Shown here: positions 1 through 16,355 of the stretch, one piece after another
How the letters are laid out: each line of letters starts with the position of its first letter
How positions within the stretch are numbered: the first letter of the stretch is position 1
Made by a program: the position numbers and the translations under genes
Assembly (NCBI RefSeq): GCF_009914755.1
Contig: NC_060928.1
DNA: 64,000 nt
Origin: the human T2T-CHM13v2.0 reference genome, Homo sapiens
Reading direction: 5' to 3' (one strand)
The notes under the pieces: model-generated
Told to the model about the DNA's origin: nothing
The model's database searches: none
Seen by the model: the letters and a program-made list of their open reading frames with translations, nothing else

Positions 1-39
1 CTCCGTCTCAGAAAAAAAAAAAAAAGAGAGAGAGAGAGA
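1..39 (+). mobile_element. 3' end of an Alu cut by the window edge, with poly(A) and a short (GA)n
   Basis: ctccgtctca followed by an A-run is the canonical Alu terminus; (GA)n at 26-39. Confidence 0.85.
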
Positions 40-1199
40 TACAGACAAAAACTATAGAGACATTTCTTGCCAAAAGCATTTATTGAGTACTTACTTCTGC
101 TAGGCACTGAGGAACCAATTGGTACTATACTTGTGTTCAGTAAGCCTATAATCTAGTGAATTGAGAGTAAGTAAAAAATTGTTTTTTATACATCTTTGGA
201 ATTTGTATGAGAACTAACTTTAATTAAAAGCACAGTCACATGTTTCCTTATTTACTCAGAAACACTAACATTCCTTTTAAAACAACAATAGTATCCTTAC
301 CCAGACAATGATTATTAGTCATGATGGTGACCTTGGGTACTCAGCCAACTAGAGACATTCTTACCTGGCACAATTAACTAAATGAATGAAAGGAAGGATG
401 ACGAAGGTCAAATCAGGTATTATTTTTGGTAACTCTTTCTTGCTTAGTCCACAGTATATGTAGAAGCTTTTTGTGGCCCCCAAATAGGAAGATTAGGCAG
501 TCAAAGTGTGAAATTGACAAATGTGTGCAGTTCAAAATTAAACTGAACTTTTTTTACCAGGAGCCTTATTTATATCTCCAAAATTTGATCAGAATTGAGG
601 GTAAATGAAGAGAAGAAATTTATAAATAACTTTTAAGTCTGATTTTCCTAGTTTTATTATAATCTCTGTCTGTAGCCTGAAGTTACATTTTATGAACTGA
701 AAACATTTATTGCTTGTAAAGCTGGTTGTCAAGTTGTAAGAGTGATAGAAAATTACAGATAAGTTATACAATTTTAATTAAAATGTCATAAAATATATAG
801 TTTTGCATGGCTTCTAGACTTACATATATCAGACATTTCACCTAAAATTAGAAAAAAAATCACTGTTCTAGTCACAAGGCAACTCAATTGTACACAGACA
901 GAGTGAACTGAATCTAAGTCATAAGCTTTTATCTATCATGCAGAATTTTGTTTCCTTTCAAAATTTAACTGTATAAATGCTGAATTTAATTTCATAATAA
1001 GAAATAAGTCAAAGTTTCTGACTGAAAAACAAGAGTTACAAAACAAAATATGGCAAATGGGGAAATTTCTCCTTTTTACATCCCCCTTGCTTCAGCATAT
1101 TTTATCTTACTCTCAGCATTAATGATACACTGTTTTTTGGTCCTATTTTTTGAATTATTGATTTTTCTCCCTTTTTGCTGACTATTGCACTTTTATCAG

Positions 1200-1628
1200 T
1201 GTCAAAAGTCAAAATTACAACAAATTTAATTATAGACTTAACTGGCTTTTATTTGCAATTCATAAATCAGGGCAGCTTTCATTCTACAAAACAGAATGAG
1301 AGCTCCATTGAACAATGGCAGAATGGTGGATTTTGTAAGAAACAAGAAAACAGAACAATAGGAAAAAAGCTGTCTAACATCAGGATACTTCCAGTGACTT
1401 TTTGTAAGGGTTAATGCAGGAGGAACTTTCTAACTATGCTGACTAAGGTAGAAGTTGATCTGACTCAGAAAAAGCTGGTCTGTTTTGGAATGATTTGCTT
1501 CCTTAAAGTTTCAGTTTGATTATGTGGCATATAGCATAAGCAGCTCCATTTTGGTTTGTTTTGTTTTGTTGGGGCCTCGTGCAGGAGCTTAGCCCCAAAC
1601 AATAGCCTCCCATAATTTTTGTTTAACA
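1200..1628 (-). mobile_element. ERV1-class solo LTR (MER57/MER93-group-like)
   Basis: TG...CA termini and a perfect 4-bp TSD tcag (1196-1199 / 1629-1632). The minus strand starts TGTTAAACAAAAATTATGGGAGGCTATTGTTT...CAAAATGGAG, typical of this LTR group. Subfamily name is from recall. Confidence 0.8.
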
Positions 1629-3358
1629 TCAGAGTACTGGCAAAGTGAAGCAAAATTAATACCACCAAAATCCATGTTTGTTAGGCAGATGTACTAAACG
1701 ATATAACAAAATATTTGGGAACATTTGGGTAAAATAATGTTAACAAATCTAATGTAGAGATATGTGTTAAGATAGAAACAAAGAACTCTGGAATCGCTGA
1801 CTTGAATCTGAATCCTAATTCTACATCTTCCTGACATGCGAATTTGGGCACATTGTGTTTCTTCTCCAAACTTCTGCTTCTTCATAGGGACAGTGAGAGT
1901 AACATTTTCTAACAATGTCATCATTTGGGAATCTCATCAAGTACTATATACAAAGAAAGTCCTTAGAGTGTTATGAAATAAACCCCCACTGGCTTTTAGA
2001 AATTTTACAATTTCAGTGATGTATTATTTTACACCATGTCACAGAATGAATTGAAGGTGTTCACATAAATGTAAGGATATGTGCACACACACACTGCTAA
2101 CTTAGTCAAGAAGTTCTCCATCAATATAATACCTTCAATTGAAGTTGCAATCATTGGTTATTACTACCAAGCGGCCTATTTTGCCCTGGGAAGTGGGGTA
2201 TATCTAACAATACAAAGTTTTCACAGCAGATCATCAGTGGACCGGGGGTTACTATGCTTCTTTCTCTGATCGTTGTTATTCTGTTTGTCTTCTGAACAGG
2301 TTTCCTGCCAAATTCCAAATTCAAAATTTAATCTTGGATTTAAATTCAAAACTTGATGTTTAAATAGTTTTTCTTTTTATGATTAATTTGATCTGAGATG
2401 TCCAGCCTTGGCTGGATTCATTTTCTCTATGAATATGATCACAGTTCCTTGGTCTACACAAAAACAACAATTGGGATTTGTTGTCCTATGATTAGCCCCA
2501 CCTGTTTCACCCTGACTGGTAAATCTTGTTTCCAGATTTGTGTCCTGCTCATCCATCCTGCTGCAGCCCATGACTTAACATGAGTTTACATCAGTAGATG
2601 CACATCTTCCACATGCTTATGTGTTTATAAATCACCACAAATTAAAACGGAATTGTGTCAGATTGAACAGCATGGTAATTTACTCTTCCATGCCTTTCTG
2701 ATCCTAATGTTAATTTTGAAAGTAAGGATGTCTGTCTTCATTATAGTTAATGACAGATAGAACAATTTCGATATTTTAAGGCTACTACAATAACTAGTCT
2801 AGCACATAGGCAAATTCTTACAATTTAGGAAATGAGATAATCTGCTATTTTTTTGTCTCTGCACCACTGAAACTGTCATTCAGACTATAAATTTAGATTG
2901 TAGGCTCTCATATTTAGCCACAATTCAGTTTGAACAAATTACCCTAAAATGGAGATCAATGTTATATCAAAATTTAGTGTAGAAAGTAGGTAAGAGATAA
3001 TAATTTGCAGATAAAGAATCAGAGTCCAGGGATTTTGTGGTGATCAATTACGTAAGTGTTAAAACATTGTCTCAAATTCGGTCCTTCTGAATCCTAATCC
3101 AGAAATCTTTGTCTCTCATGTGCTCACTTGAGTAGAACTGATTAATAATATATTTTTTCTGTGATTTTGATGATGAAAGGTAAGTAGCATATTTTTGTAG
3201 AAAACATTTAAGGGCATTTTTTTGTTACTTTGTTAGAGTTGATCTGTGACAAGACCGGTCCTGCTTTGTTTTTAAGTGTTTAGATACTGCAAACTTTTCA
3301 TAAAGGTCTACACAATAAGTTGAGTTTTTTAAAAAACTGCAATTATAAGCTGTCTTAG

Positions 3359-5270
<1,912 letters not shown>

Positions 5271-6584
5271 AAATTTATTTCTCAAAATTCTCGAGTCTGT
5301 GAAACCCAAGACCAAGGCACCTACAGATTCAGTGTCTGGTGAGGGATCATTTCTTGATTCACAAAGAAAGGCGCTATCACATTTAGCTATAATTCTGTTT
5401 TCACTGTTGTCCTCACATGGTGGAAAAAGCAAAGCACATCTTTGCAGTCTCTTTCACAAGGCACTAATCTCATTCCTGAAGGCTCCACCCTTTTCACCTA
5501 ATCACCTCTCAAGGGTCCTACCTTCTAATACCAACACCTTGGGAATTAGGATTTCGACATATGAATTTTAGGAGGACACAGACTTTCAGACCGCAGCATA
5601 ACTCCATTATTTTCTACAATAAAACTATTTTTGGGTCCATGGGAAAAAAATGCTCATCAAATAGAAACACTATGAAACTGTAATTTAGTAATTGTTCCAA
5701 AAAACATAACGTTCACTTATTTGAAAATATTAGAGGAGACTGTGTCTGGAAATGAATGAATTACCTAGGCTTGTCCGGGTCCTTCACTGAACCTTCAAGA
5801 AGTCTGTGCCAGGAATGGTTTCACCCAGCATGTTCAGCTGCCTGATGATACCTAGAGAAGTAAACCAGCTGTGCTACAGCACCTCACACATATGTCACTT
5901 TACGATATTCCAGCTGGAATTTACTTCTGGCAGGTTCCCCCTTTTGCTGTTCCCTACTTCCTTCTGGAAGCTTACCCCAATAGTTGGCATTTACTCTGGA
6001 GCTGAAATTTCTCTCCAAAGAAAACTTACTTCCTTAACTCTGGGTTTTGTTTAGGTCTGATTCTCCAGTCTGTACACAATGACAACCTTCCCCTCTTCAT
6101 GTACTCTTGTGAACAGATGGAATCCATTTTCCAGACATTCTCATTGACCTGGAATTCAAAGAACAGAGACCTCTCCTCAAAAAAATAAAATAAAATAAAA
6201 TAAATGCCCCTGAGCCCTCACCACCTTCCCCATGTTCTCATACTCAGCCACTTGGGCTGATATCTCTGGGATCAGTCCTAATAAACAGAACCTATCCAGA
6301 GGCTCAGAATCTGGCCAACAGATGGGGCCTGCTTCTGTCTCAGATAACAACTTAGGGCATTTTCTCTCTTCTGTTCTTTCTATGGCTTTCTCTCTCTGTT
6401 TTCAGATCAATGGTAGCTTCTTTTTCTCAGCTTTGTTAGGATAGAATCTATAATCTTCACAGACACAGGGAGAAGCATATAAACATTAATTTAAAAAGAG
6501 AGCAATACTGCCTGCCAAAAATCTTGCTCTAACCATTTGGAGAAGGAAAAAGACACACCCCAAGAAATACAAACATAACTGAAG

Positions 6585-6715
6585 TCTTAAAATGTGTGAG
6601 GCCCTGTGCCTGTGGCTGCATGTACATTTAACCAAATGTAATCTCCATACAGGCCGTCAGAGACATTTTAAACAGTCACCATTATATAAAGTTAACTGAT
6701 CTTGAGATAGTTTAC
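6585..6715 (-). mobile_element. MIR fragment
   Basis: Degraded ggccctgtgc...tacatttaacc...taatctccatac...cattatataaagttaactga, resembling antisense MIR. Confidence 0.4.
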
Positions 6716-9403
6716 ACATTTTTATTTACCAAATGTCATTTATATACAAATATGATGGTGAAGTATAATTTTGACTTCTGTTGCTTTATCACGTCTTTGT
6801 GTCATATTGCCATTATAGAAAAACAAATTATCCAGTTATTACAGTTTTCTTCATCTATGAAAACATATTTTAGTTTTCCCAGATATGCATTTAGTAAATA
6901 TATTACTCATCACTTGTATGCTTCAAGTTATACCTAAGTACCCCATTGATAAAGTACTTGCGTTTTTCAGTTTACTCTAAAACTGTAATATTTGTGGAAA
7001 GTGAAATTATATTAATATGTCATTTTCAATAATGATTTTATAATTTACTGAATTTAAAATTTTTGGAAGGCCTTTTTTAAAAATGCAAAGGAATAATGTG
7101 TAGGATTGCACAAAAATTCAAGTACTTGAAACTTTTCCAAATCCGTATACACTTCAATCATTTTTTGCATAATCTAAAACAGATAATAAGGGCGTATGAA
7201 AAATGATGTATAGTTTAGTACCAAAGAGGCAAAAAGACTAAACAAATTATTATGATATAATAGTGAAAATTTAATAGCATTTTATGTGCCATTTACTATT
7301 TAAAAATGAAAACTGTTGCAATGCATTACAAAACATAAATGAAGAATGGGTGTGAATGAATAAATAAGTTAATTAATAACCCATTTATCTTGAGTCTTTC
7401 AATCTGACAGTCAAGGAAACCCTGAACAATGAGGAAATTGTGTAAGGAGGAACAGTCAAGGGCTTTTTAGAGCTAGAAATGGAAAGGTAGCTTCACGATG
7501 GTTAAGCTAATTCAGCATTGGAAATTCACTCTCTGGATAATATGAAATGTATGTATCAGCCAATGTACGGTAGGCTAAAAGTTCTATTTTTCATTGATTA
7601 GCAAAGTGTTATCTCAACCAGATCTTGGAAGAGTCAAGCAAACTAGGTCACTAGAAGTTCATGGTCCTTGATCAGCTTCAGATAATTAACTGGTTGTGCT
7701 GAAACACTGTATGTAGGCTTAACATCTTTGATGAATATGGCTGCAAGCAGAAAATTTTTTTCATAGTATGTATTCCAATTTTTTAGCATCTTGGGATACT
7801 CAAATACTATTAATAAATATAAAAAGCATAAATAATGAAAAATGAATTTCTAAAGTAATATAATAGGAAAAACACCAACAATATATTAATATTATTTTTA
7901 TTACTGATACCATTGTTAACACATTTGTTATCTAATTATTGTTACTTTACTAACATCCTGAGAATACATAAAAATTTAATCATATTCTGAAAAGTGGTAA
8001 TGTTAATTTTTTTTAAAGCCTCAACTCCTAAATGCATTAGGGAAATTGTGCAGCTCCTAAGGCATTCTCCTTGAAATGGGATAACATTTAAGAAATTAAA
8101 TGTGCATAAACCATGGATGGTTATAGAAGATAAAGATGGAGATACCATATCAGAATTACACTCCCGATGTGCTGAATAAACATTTCTAATGTAGGTATGT
8201 ATATACAGTTTTTCAGTTATCATTTCTTATGATGTTTTTCTTCTTCCTAAACATCCCCTGAGTACTCTCTGTGCAATATTTACTTTTTAAAAAATACACC
8301 ACTTCTCTACAAGCATTTCCTCCTAAGCCACTAAGACTGTGATTCCCTTATCTGCCAATAGAGGGAGGAATGTAGTTTAGTGATTAATATTTCCAAGTCT
8401 TAATTAGCTAAGATTAGTGATTTGCACCTCACAAGTAAGTTAGCATTGCCTCTGTCCACAAATAAAATTCATGTAAAACATACTAATAATACCCACTGAT
8501 GATATTAATATCTAATCAAAATATAATTATGTTAAAACCAGGGAAATATAGATTTCACCTTTTTCCTAAATCCTAGTTTTTATTAAGCTATACTTTTATT
8601 TGGACTATTTCCACCATCAGAAGCTTTTCCCAGTTTCACCCTCTGTGTATAATAAAACGAAGCAAAACAAATCACTCTGGGGGCTATCTGGTTTCCTTAG
8701 CTTTGCTAAATTAAAAAAAAAAGTGTGGAGGAGGTCACTATGATGCACAAATAAATCTAGACATCAAATACATTTTCTTTCTAATCTGTGTTTTAAGCAA
8801 TATCAAAACCTTGTAAAGTTAAGAATTTGCAACTTGGTGGGGGCAGGAGAATGGGTCATTAGCTGTTAATGGAAGATGAAAGTTTTACAAATATTTTATG
8901 GTTTAATGTGACTACTTCTATTTACATTATTAAAGTAGATGCCCTTCTAATGTCAGGTCTAATTCTCAGTTTCACACTTATGTAAATATTTATTCACGAT
9001 CATGAAGAAGTATTGAAAATAAGATTACTTTGGATTTCTCTGTAAAACTGAAAATAAAGAAACAAACTAAGCTAAATCAATAAAAATGTTTGAATAATTC
9101 TTAGTACATCTATACTACGGAATAATATGCAGAGGTTAAAGACAAAAAGTACCAATTTTGAAATTTTTTCAGTGTACATTTATTATAATAAAAAAGGAAC
9201 TGTGGAGTATTACATGCTGTATTCTAAATTATGCCAAATATGTACATAAAGTATGCATTTCTATATGTATATCTGTGTTTGTAAATGCATAAAAATATAT
9301 TTGGAATTATGTATTTTACTCTGTTTTTAGTGGTTACCTTTAGAATCCTTTATTTGTGTACTTTTGTATTTTTGGTACTATACTAATTTTTCGATATTAT
9401 GTT

Positions 9404-9759
9404 GGATATGGTTTGGCTGTATCCTAACCCATCTTGAATTGTAGCTCCCATGATATCCACATGTTGTGGAGGGACCTGGTGGGAGGTAATTGAATCATGG
9501 GAGCAGGTCTTTCCCATGCTGTTATCATGACAGTGAATAAGTCTCAAAAGATCTGATGGTTTTATAAAGGGTAGTTCCCTTACACAAGCTCTCTTGCCTG
9601 CCACCATGTAAGACGTGACTTTGCTCTACATTTGTCTTCCACCATGATTGTGTGTCCTCTCCAGCCATGTAGAACTCCAAGTCAATTAAACCTCTTTCCT
9701 TCGTAAATTACCCGGTCTCAAGTAGGTTTTTATTAGCAGCATGTGAACAGAGTAACACA
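9404..9759 (+). mobile_element. THE1B-like MaLR solo LTR
   Basis: gatatggtttggctgt...catcttgaattgtagctccca...gatctgatggttttataaagg...ttattagcagcatgtgaacagagtaacaca; near-perfect 5-bp TSD atgtt/atatt. Confidence 0.92.
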
Positions 9760-11050
9760 ATATTATTTTTTGACAACAGTGTATTTGTGTATTTCATGGG
9801 TTAAGAATGTAATAAAATCCAAATAACAATTGTGTATATACTACATTGTATTTTGTAAATATACACTATATATAATGTACATTTATATACATAATATACA
9901 CATATTACTTTAGCTACATTCTTAACAATACCAAATGTTAGAAACATCTTAATTATATATAATTAGAAAAACAGTTAATTCTAATAGTATTTCCTGGCAC
10001 AGTGGAGTATCATGTATCCTTTTACAATGGTAGTTCTCCAACTATTTTAAAAATATTGGTCAAAATATGAAGGCAAAAGAATGAATAGAATCTCTCCTAA
10101 AAAGAAAATATATTCCAGTCAATAGAGATAATGATCAGGAAGTTAGAAAACTATAGTAACCTGGTGAAAAACTAACAAATCTTTTCTGTAAACGAGAGAA
10201 AGAAAAATGATTAGCAACTTGAATGGATACATAAAGCTATAAAGGAAATTAATTGTTCAAAAATGAAGCAAAATGTTATCTGATAATTATCACTTTAGCA
10301 ATCAATGAAGTGTAGGAAAGGAGATCAATTTGAACTTAACACTTGAAAATGCTCTTCTAAGTGACAGTATATATGACTTTTTAAAATGAGTTATTTTACA
10401 TTACTTGCTTCAAGAGTCAATTCTACTTAGGTATATTATGAAAGTTGGTTTTCAATTTTTTTAGAATCAAGCCATTGACAAAACTTGGAATTGAGGTAAA
10501 TATTACATGACTTTACAATTTAAAAGCTATGGCATCACACAAATAACTCAGGGGCTGAGTAGATATGTGGAGGTAAGAGACATACACTAAATTCCTAATT
10601 TCCCATGGCAGAGTCCAAAGGACAGTATCTGATGTATCTGATGTGAATGGATCCAGAATTTGAGGAATAAATGTATTGCTAAAATTTATTCTTACAATTA
10701 ATAAAAACGATTATTACAAAACTCAGGTTGGAGAAGAAAATTGAGAAAGAGGTAGTGACTGGTAGTTTAAATAAGTCCATTCCTTTATCCTCCTTAGTGG
10801 AACACAAATGGATAATATTAACAGTTGCTTTACTGAGAAATTTTTCTGAATTAAAAATATAAAAGAGTTTTCAAAAAAATTTAAAAAAATCATTCTGAAG
10901 GAGAAAAACTATAGATCGAAGGGTGTAAAGTAGAAATTATTTAATATTTTATGTTAATTTGCTTAATTTTTAATATACACCAAATACTCTTTATTTAAAA
11001 ATACTAAAAGAATAATATGCCATTACTGTAACTTAGAATTTTACATTATA

Positions 11051-11352
<302 letters not shown>

Positions 11353-11949
11353 TTAAAATAAAAGTTCATTTCAATTATTCTTGGCATTATAGCGATCAGT
11401 GCTCTAGTCAACAATTTGAACCATCCCTTCTGAATCTTTGTATAATAGAGTCATTTTTTAAATAAAAGATCATTAAATTTATAGCATGCAACCCAATTAT
11501 AAAATGAAGTTGAATGTTTTGAAAAACATCTATAAAAGTAAGTTGCCAGAGACAAGTTATATCAAATAGGTATGGGTAAGATAAATATTTGGGATTTGAT
11601 TAATAAATCATAAACATAGAATTCTCTGTTCAGTTGCTTCACTCTATTTTAAGTAATTATTCCACTTTTTAAATAAAGTAACTCTCTTAAAACAATGCAC
11701 CACTGCTGTGGTTTACAAAATAAGACAACTAAGATGTTAATTTTTAAAAGTAAGTTCAAACAAGGGAAACATATTATATGTGCACATATACATACACATA
11801 CACCCACAAGCATACATATTTGGCTATATTTCCAAAATAACTCAATTCCTTCTTCAAAAGATTCTGTTATTTGAAAGTTCTTTCTTACACTTAGCCAAAA
11901 TCTACTATCTTATACTTGCTAACTATGGTTTTCTGTGGTACAATTTGTG

Positions 11950-12125
11950 TCCAAACTGTTCTCTTTACCATCTGGGTTTCCCATTCTTGAATATGTTCGT
12001 GCGTTTCTCTCCCTCTTAATGTGCAACACCCAGAAAAGAATTCAATATTCAAATGTACTCTGACGAACAAAGAGTGGGGCAAGACTATCACCTTTCCCAT
12101 TCATGTTTATTGCAATCTGAAATCT
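11950..12125 (-). mobile_element. CR1/L3 LINE fragment
   Basis: cttaatgtgcaacacccagaaaagaattcaatattcaaatgtactctgac...agagtggggcaagactatcacct resembles antisense L3 ORF2. Confidence 0.5.
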
Positions 12126-13915
12126 TTACGTCTTTATTAAATCAACATCTGCTAATATATGTAAAAATTCCTCCTACCTTAAGGAGATTTTGATATTTTT
12201 AAAACTAAATTTAGTTTTATCTTGTAGCATTTGTTCTGTTACTCTAGGCTATCAAACATTGTGAGATACATACGCTTCCTTCAGGCCAGCTACAATGTTA
12301 TTATTAAATACATTAAAAAAATGCCTTAAATGAGTCCAGATATGCCATATGATCTACATTTTATATACTATAACTGTATTACTATACTATAGTATACTAT
12401 AATATACTACCCATATTGAGGACTGGATCCTGCTACTCATCATTTCTTCTTCAACTTATTAACATATTAATATATTAATATTTACTTCTTAACATATTAA
12501 TGTTAAGATTAAATAATCATAACAATATGATTAATAGTTCATTCATAAGATAAGCATGAAGAATTTTGTTATGTGGAATGCACTTTCTTAACAGTTATGA
12601 AAATCTTGGCCTTTACCCTCCTTTCATTTTGAAGTTTCTTCAACATTTAAATAAAACCTTAATAATTCAGGAATAATTCTGGAAAAAACACTATCTTACA
12701 ATTTCTTCCTCTCAAGTAAAACACATTTTTGAATGGCAAGCATAGTAGTACATGACATGATCATTTTGAGTCCACAACAGAATTATATTTACAGAAAATA
12801 TATAAATGTAATTTACTTTGTAAAATATTTTACATTGTTATGTAAATACTTATTTCTTCTTATTTAACTTCAAAAGAAAAATATTCTTATTGTATTAGTG
12901 GAAAAACTATAATATATTTTCACAGAACTAGAAATCTGCTGTTGGAAACAAAATTATGTTTGGTGTCCTAACATAGAATTGTCTTTGCTCTCTTACCTTC
13001 TCTTTGACCAAAGCCACTTGCAAAGAAACATCACCAGGAGAAATAAAATTGTTGTATCTTCTTTCTGTTTCCCTACTGTTAAATCATGTTTTCCTTGTAT
13101 TTCTATTCATATAGGATTACTAGGAAGAGAATGGAGGAACAGCACAATGTCAGGTTCTGTGATTTTGTTTTCAAACAGTAGTAAATTATTTTCTATTTTT
13201 CATTTAAAAGTGATAAACTCTTAACTGTTTCCTTCTAGATGATTTCTAGTAGTTTAAATTAAATCATAGTACTTTTAATTATCTATTCATAAGCATACAA
13301 TGTTTACAAGTTTGCCTCTGATACAACTGCTTTCCAAAGGAAGTTGATTTTTGCCATAGAATTTTCTATTGACTGCTTCATAGAATATACATTTTTTTTT
13401 TACTAGAGAACACATTCAATCTCTCTTAATTCTCTTCTCTTCTACACCATTTCCATAGGTCCATGAGAATATTGAGGAATTCACTTGATTTGGATGCCAA
13501 ATATGCATTTGTTTATGGCATACATATTAGTCACTACAAGTCAATTCTTGGGGCAATTATGAGATATTAAGAAACCATATTTGTAAGTACAAGTGTTCCC
13601 CAATAGTCCCCTGCCCCATACACAATTTCATAGCTCCAGTTTTTCCCTGAGTGTCTATGCACATTAAAACCTTGTATAATCCCCAAAATGCTCACTGTCC
13701 AAACCTTACCCTCTTCTTGTCATCTTCCTACCAAAGTAGAATGCAGAGTCTATATTGTTAACATTTTAATCAATTCTCAGGCACATTTGCAGAAACATCA
13801 TCTCTGTTTTGTTATTCATTTCTTTTGTCATCAGTTTTCCAGTATATTTTCCAGTGCTATTGCTAACTGTTGGCTCCCCGAGAAAAACAAAACAACAAAA
13901 ACAAAAACAAAAAAC

Positions 13916-14380
13916 TGTTGCTAAAGCAAAACTGTATTAGGCTTGCTGAAGTAAAGGAGAATACCACCTTAATGGAATCTTTATATCTCAAAATGGGAAA
14001 TTAAGGCAGAGTATTTATGAGAGTTAAGGTTTTAGGACCATGTGTGGGAAATTTTTTAAGTAGGCCTAGTTAGGCAGGAAATCAATTGGGATTGAACAGA
14101 ATTTATAAAATAGCTTCAAATGGGGGAGGGGTAAGAGTAAAGCAAAGATCTTGAAGTGAGTTTTGATAAGAAGGCTCAGAGTCTTAAAAATCGGCTGTTC
14201 AGTTAGTTCATTATCCCACTTTTCAGTAACAGTATTTTTTCATGGATGTTTCCGCATTTATTCATTTCTGATGGAAGCAAAAAAATTATTCACTCACTGC
14301 CAGCTTTGTTAAAAAATCTAGGATGATAAAACGATGTCTAGTCCCAGTATTGCTTAAGCTAGTTTAGCTTCAGTTCTTAA
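13916..14380 (-). mobile_element. Probable degraded ERV1-class LTR, family unassigned
   Basis: tgttgctaaagc...aggcttgctgaagtaaaggagaataccacc...gtatttatgagag has the look of an antisense LTR; ends are uncertain. Confidence 0.35.
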
Positions 14381-14759
14381 TATGTAAAATTCCAGAGCCA
14401 TTTTAATGTATATTCCTTTTTCTTTGTTTTATTTTCTGTACATATACTCAATAAATGCTGACCCTACAAATGCTATTGTATTGCTTACAGCTTAATAGCC
14501 ACAGTCTAGAGTTGTGTCTGCTATAAAATATGTGTTCACTTCAATATTCTGTTGAATAAATGAATCAATCACAAATACTTGGAAGTTATTGAAGAGATTT
14601 ACTAGTTGAACAGTGAAAGGAAAAAAGCATCAAATTAAAAAATGTGCTATAAATAATTTAAGACTTTTTTTGAAAGACTAATTCTTATTTTTCAGATCTC
14701 TGGTCAACATGATAAGGTTATTCATTTCTTAAGTCAGCTGAGAAAAGTACCCTAGCTCT

Positions 14760-16355
14760 TTGTACAACAAAGAAATGACCTAAAACACACAGACTGGGAG
14801 TGGAGGACATTCACAAATGATTTCCCTGAGGAATTGAAATACTTGAGTTGAAACTGGAACTGTAAGTGGTTACCTAGGCAATGGGGGAATGCATTGTTGG
14901 CGAAAGGACAACATACACAAAGTTTATGCTGTAGGTTCAACTATAGCTTGTTTGACAAATCAAAGAAACTTGTTCTTAGAGCTAGGAATCAAGGAGGTGT
15001 AGTATAAGATGATGCTAAGGAAGTGGGTAGAAGCCAGGCCATGCAAGGTCTTGTAGGCCATTGCTATGGTTTGAATACAATTTGTCCCCCGCAAAACTCA
15101 TATTAAAATATGATTCCCAATGTGGCAGTATTGAGAAGTGGGGCTTAGTGGGAGGTGTTTGGGTTATGGGAACAGATTACACATCAATAGATTAATGCCG
15201 TCCCTCAGGGGTCAGTGAGTTCTCCTTCTCATATGGAATAAATTGGTTTATGTGAAAGCAGGTTACAAAAAGAGAGTCTGGTTCCCTTGGTTTCTCTCTT
15301 TTGCTTCCTTTTTCACCATGTGATCTCTGCACAAGACTTTCACCTTTCCACTTTCTGCCATGAGTTGAACTAGCATGGGGCCCTCGCTAGATGCAGCTGC
15401 CCAGTCTTGAACTTTCAAGCCACAAGATTAATAAGCCATATAAATCTCTTTTGTTTATAAATTGCCCAGCCTCAGGTGTTCTGTTATAGCAACACAAAAC
15501 TAAGACAGCCACATTAAATAAATGTTGGCCTTTATTCTGAAAACATTGTAAAGCCATTGATATGTTTTGAGCAAAGAAGTGATAATCAGATTTGAGTTTT
15601 GAGAAACTTACTCTGTCTACTCTATAGCTCTGTAGAGACTATAATTGGCAGGTGTAACCATTAATGAAGCAAAACCACTTAGAAGTTATTGTGGTAATCA
15701 AGGTGATGGCAATGAATTTGGGCAGTGACGACAGGAATGGAAAGTAGAAGAAAAACTTGAAAATATTTAAGAGGTAAATTAAGTAGAATTTCCCATCATT
15801 ATGGGCTATGAGGGAAAGAAGACATTCGAAATTTGTGGAACTACATGAATGGTGGTATCATTCCATGAGAATAAGTATACTAGGTCAGTATTGGGTTTTG
15901 AGTGATTATCCCAAGTTTAGTCTTGTGCATTTTGTATTTAGAGAGATTTTTGAAACATGAAAGTGGAAATGACAAAGAAGTAATTGTTTATATATAGTTG
16001 GAGTTTGCATTAAAGTCTAGCCAGGGGATATATATATATTTGTCAGTAATTACTTTATATAACAAACTATAAATGTGGGCAAAATCAACTGGATAAAAAT
16101 AAATAATAAAATGAGTCTTATAAAACCACAAATATTAATGGCCAGAGAAGTTTGAGCCAACAAAAGAGGAATAAAAAAAGGCCCATAAATGTAGAGATAA
16201 AAGCAGGAAAACATTATGCCCTGAAACCCAGTGAGAAAAAAACATATGTCAAACATAGAGTAGTCCCTATTAGAAAAGTTTGCTAACAGTCAAGTACTGT
16301 GACAATTGAAAATGCCATTACATTTAGAAATATGGAAGTCACTGACGACCCTACT
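14760..16355 (-). mobile_element. L2 LINE fragment interrupted by the MST LTR
   Basis: gccatgcaaggtcttgtaggcca|ttggcctttattctg...agccattgatatgttttgagca...cagatttgagttttgagaaa and tggaagtcactgacgacc are typical antisense L2 motifs. Confidence 0.7.
15062..15507 (+). mobile_element. MSTB-like MaLR solo LTR
   Basis: tgctatggtttgaat...ctcaggtgttctgttatagcaacacaaaactaagaca; 5-bp TSD gccat/gccac (15057-15061 / 15508-15512). Confidence 0.9.
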
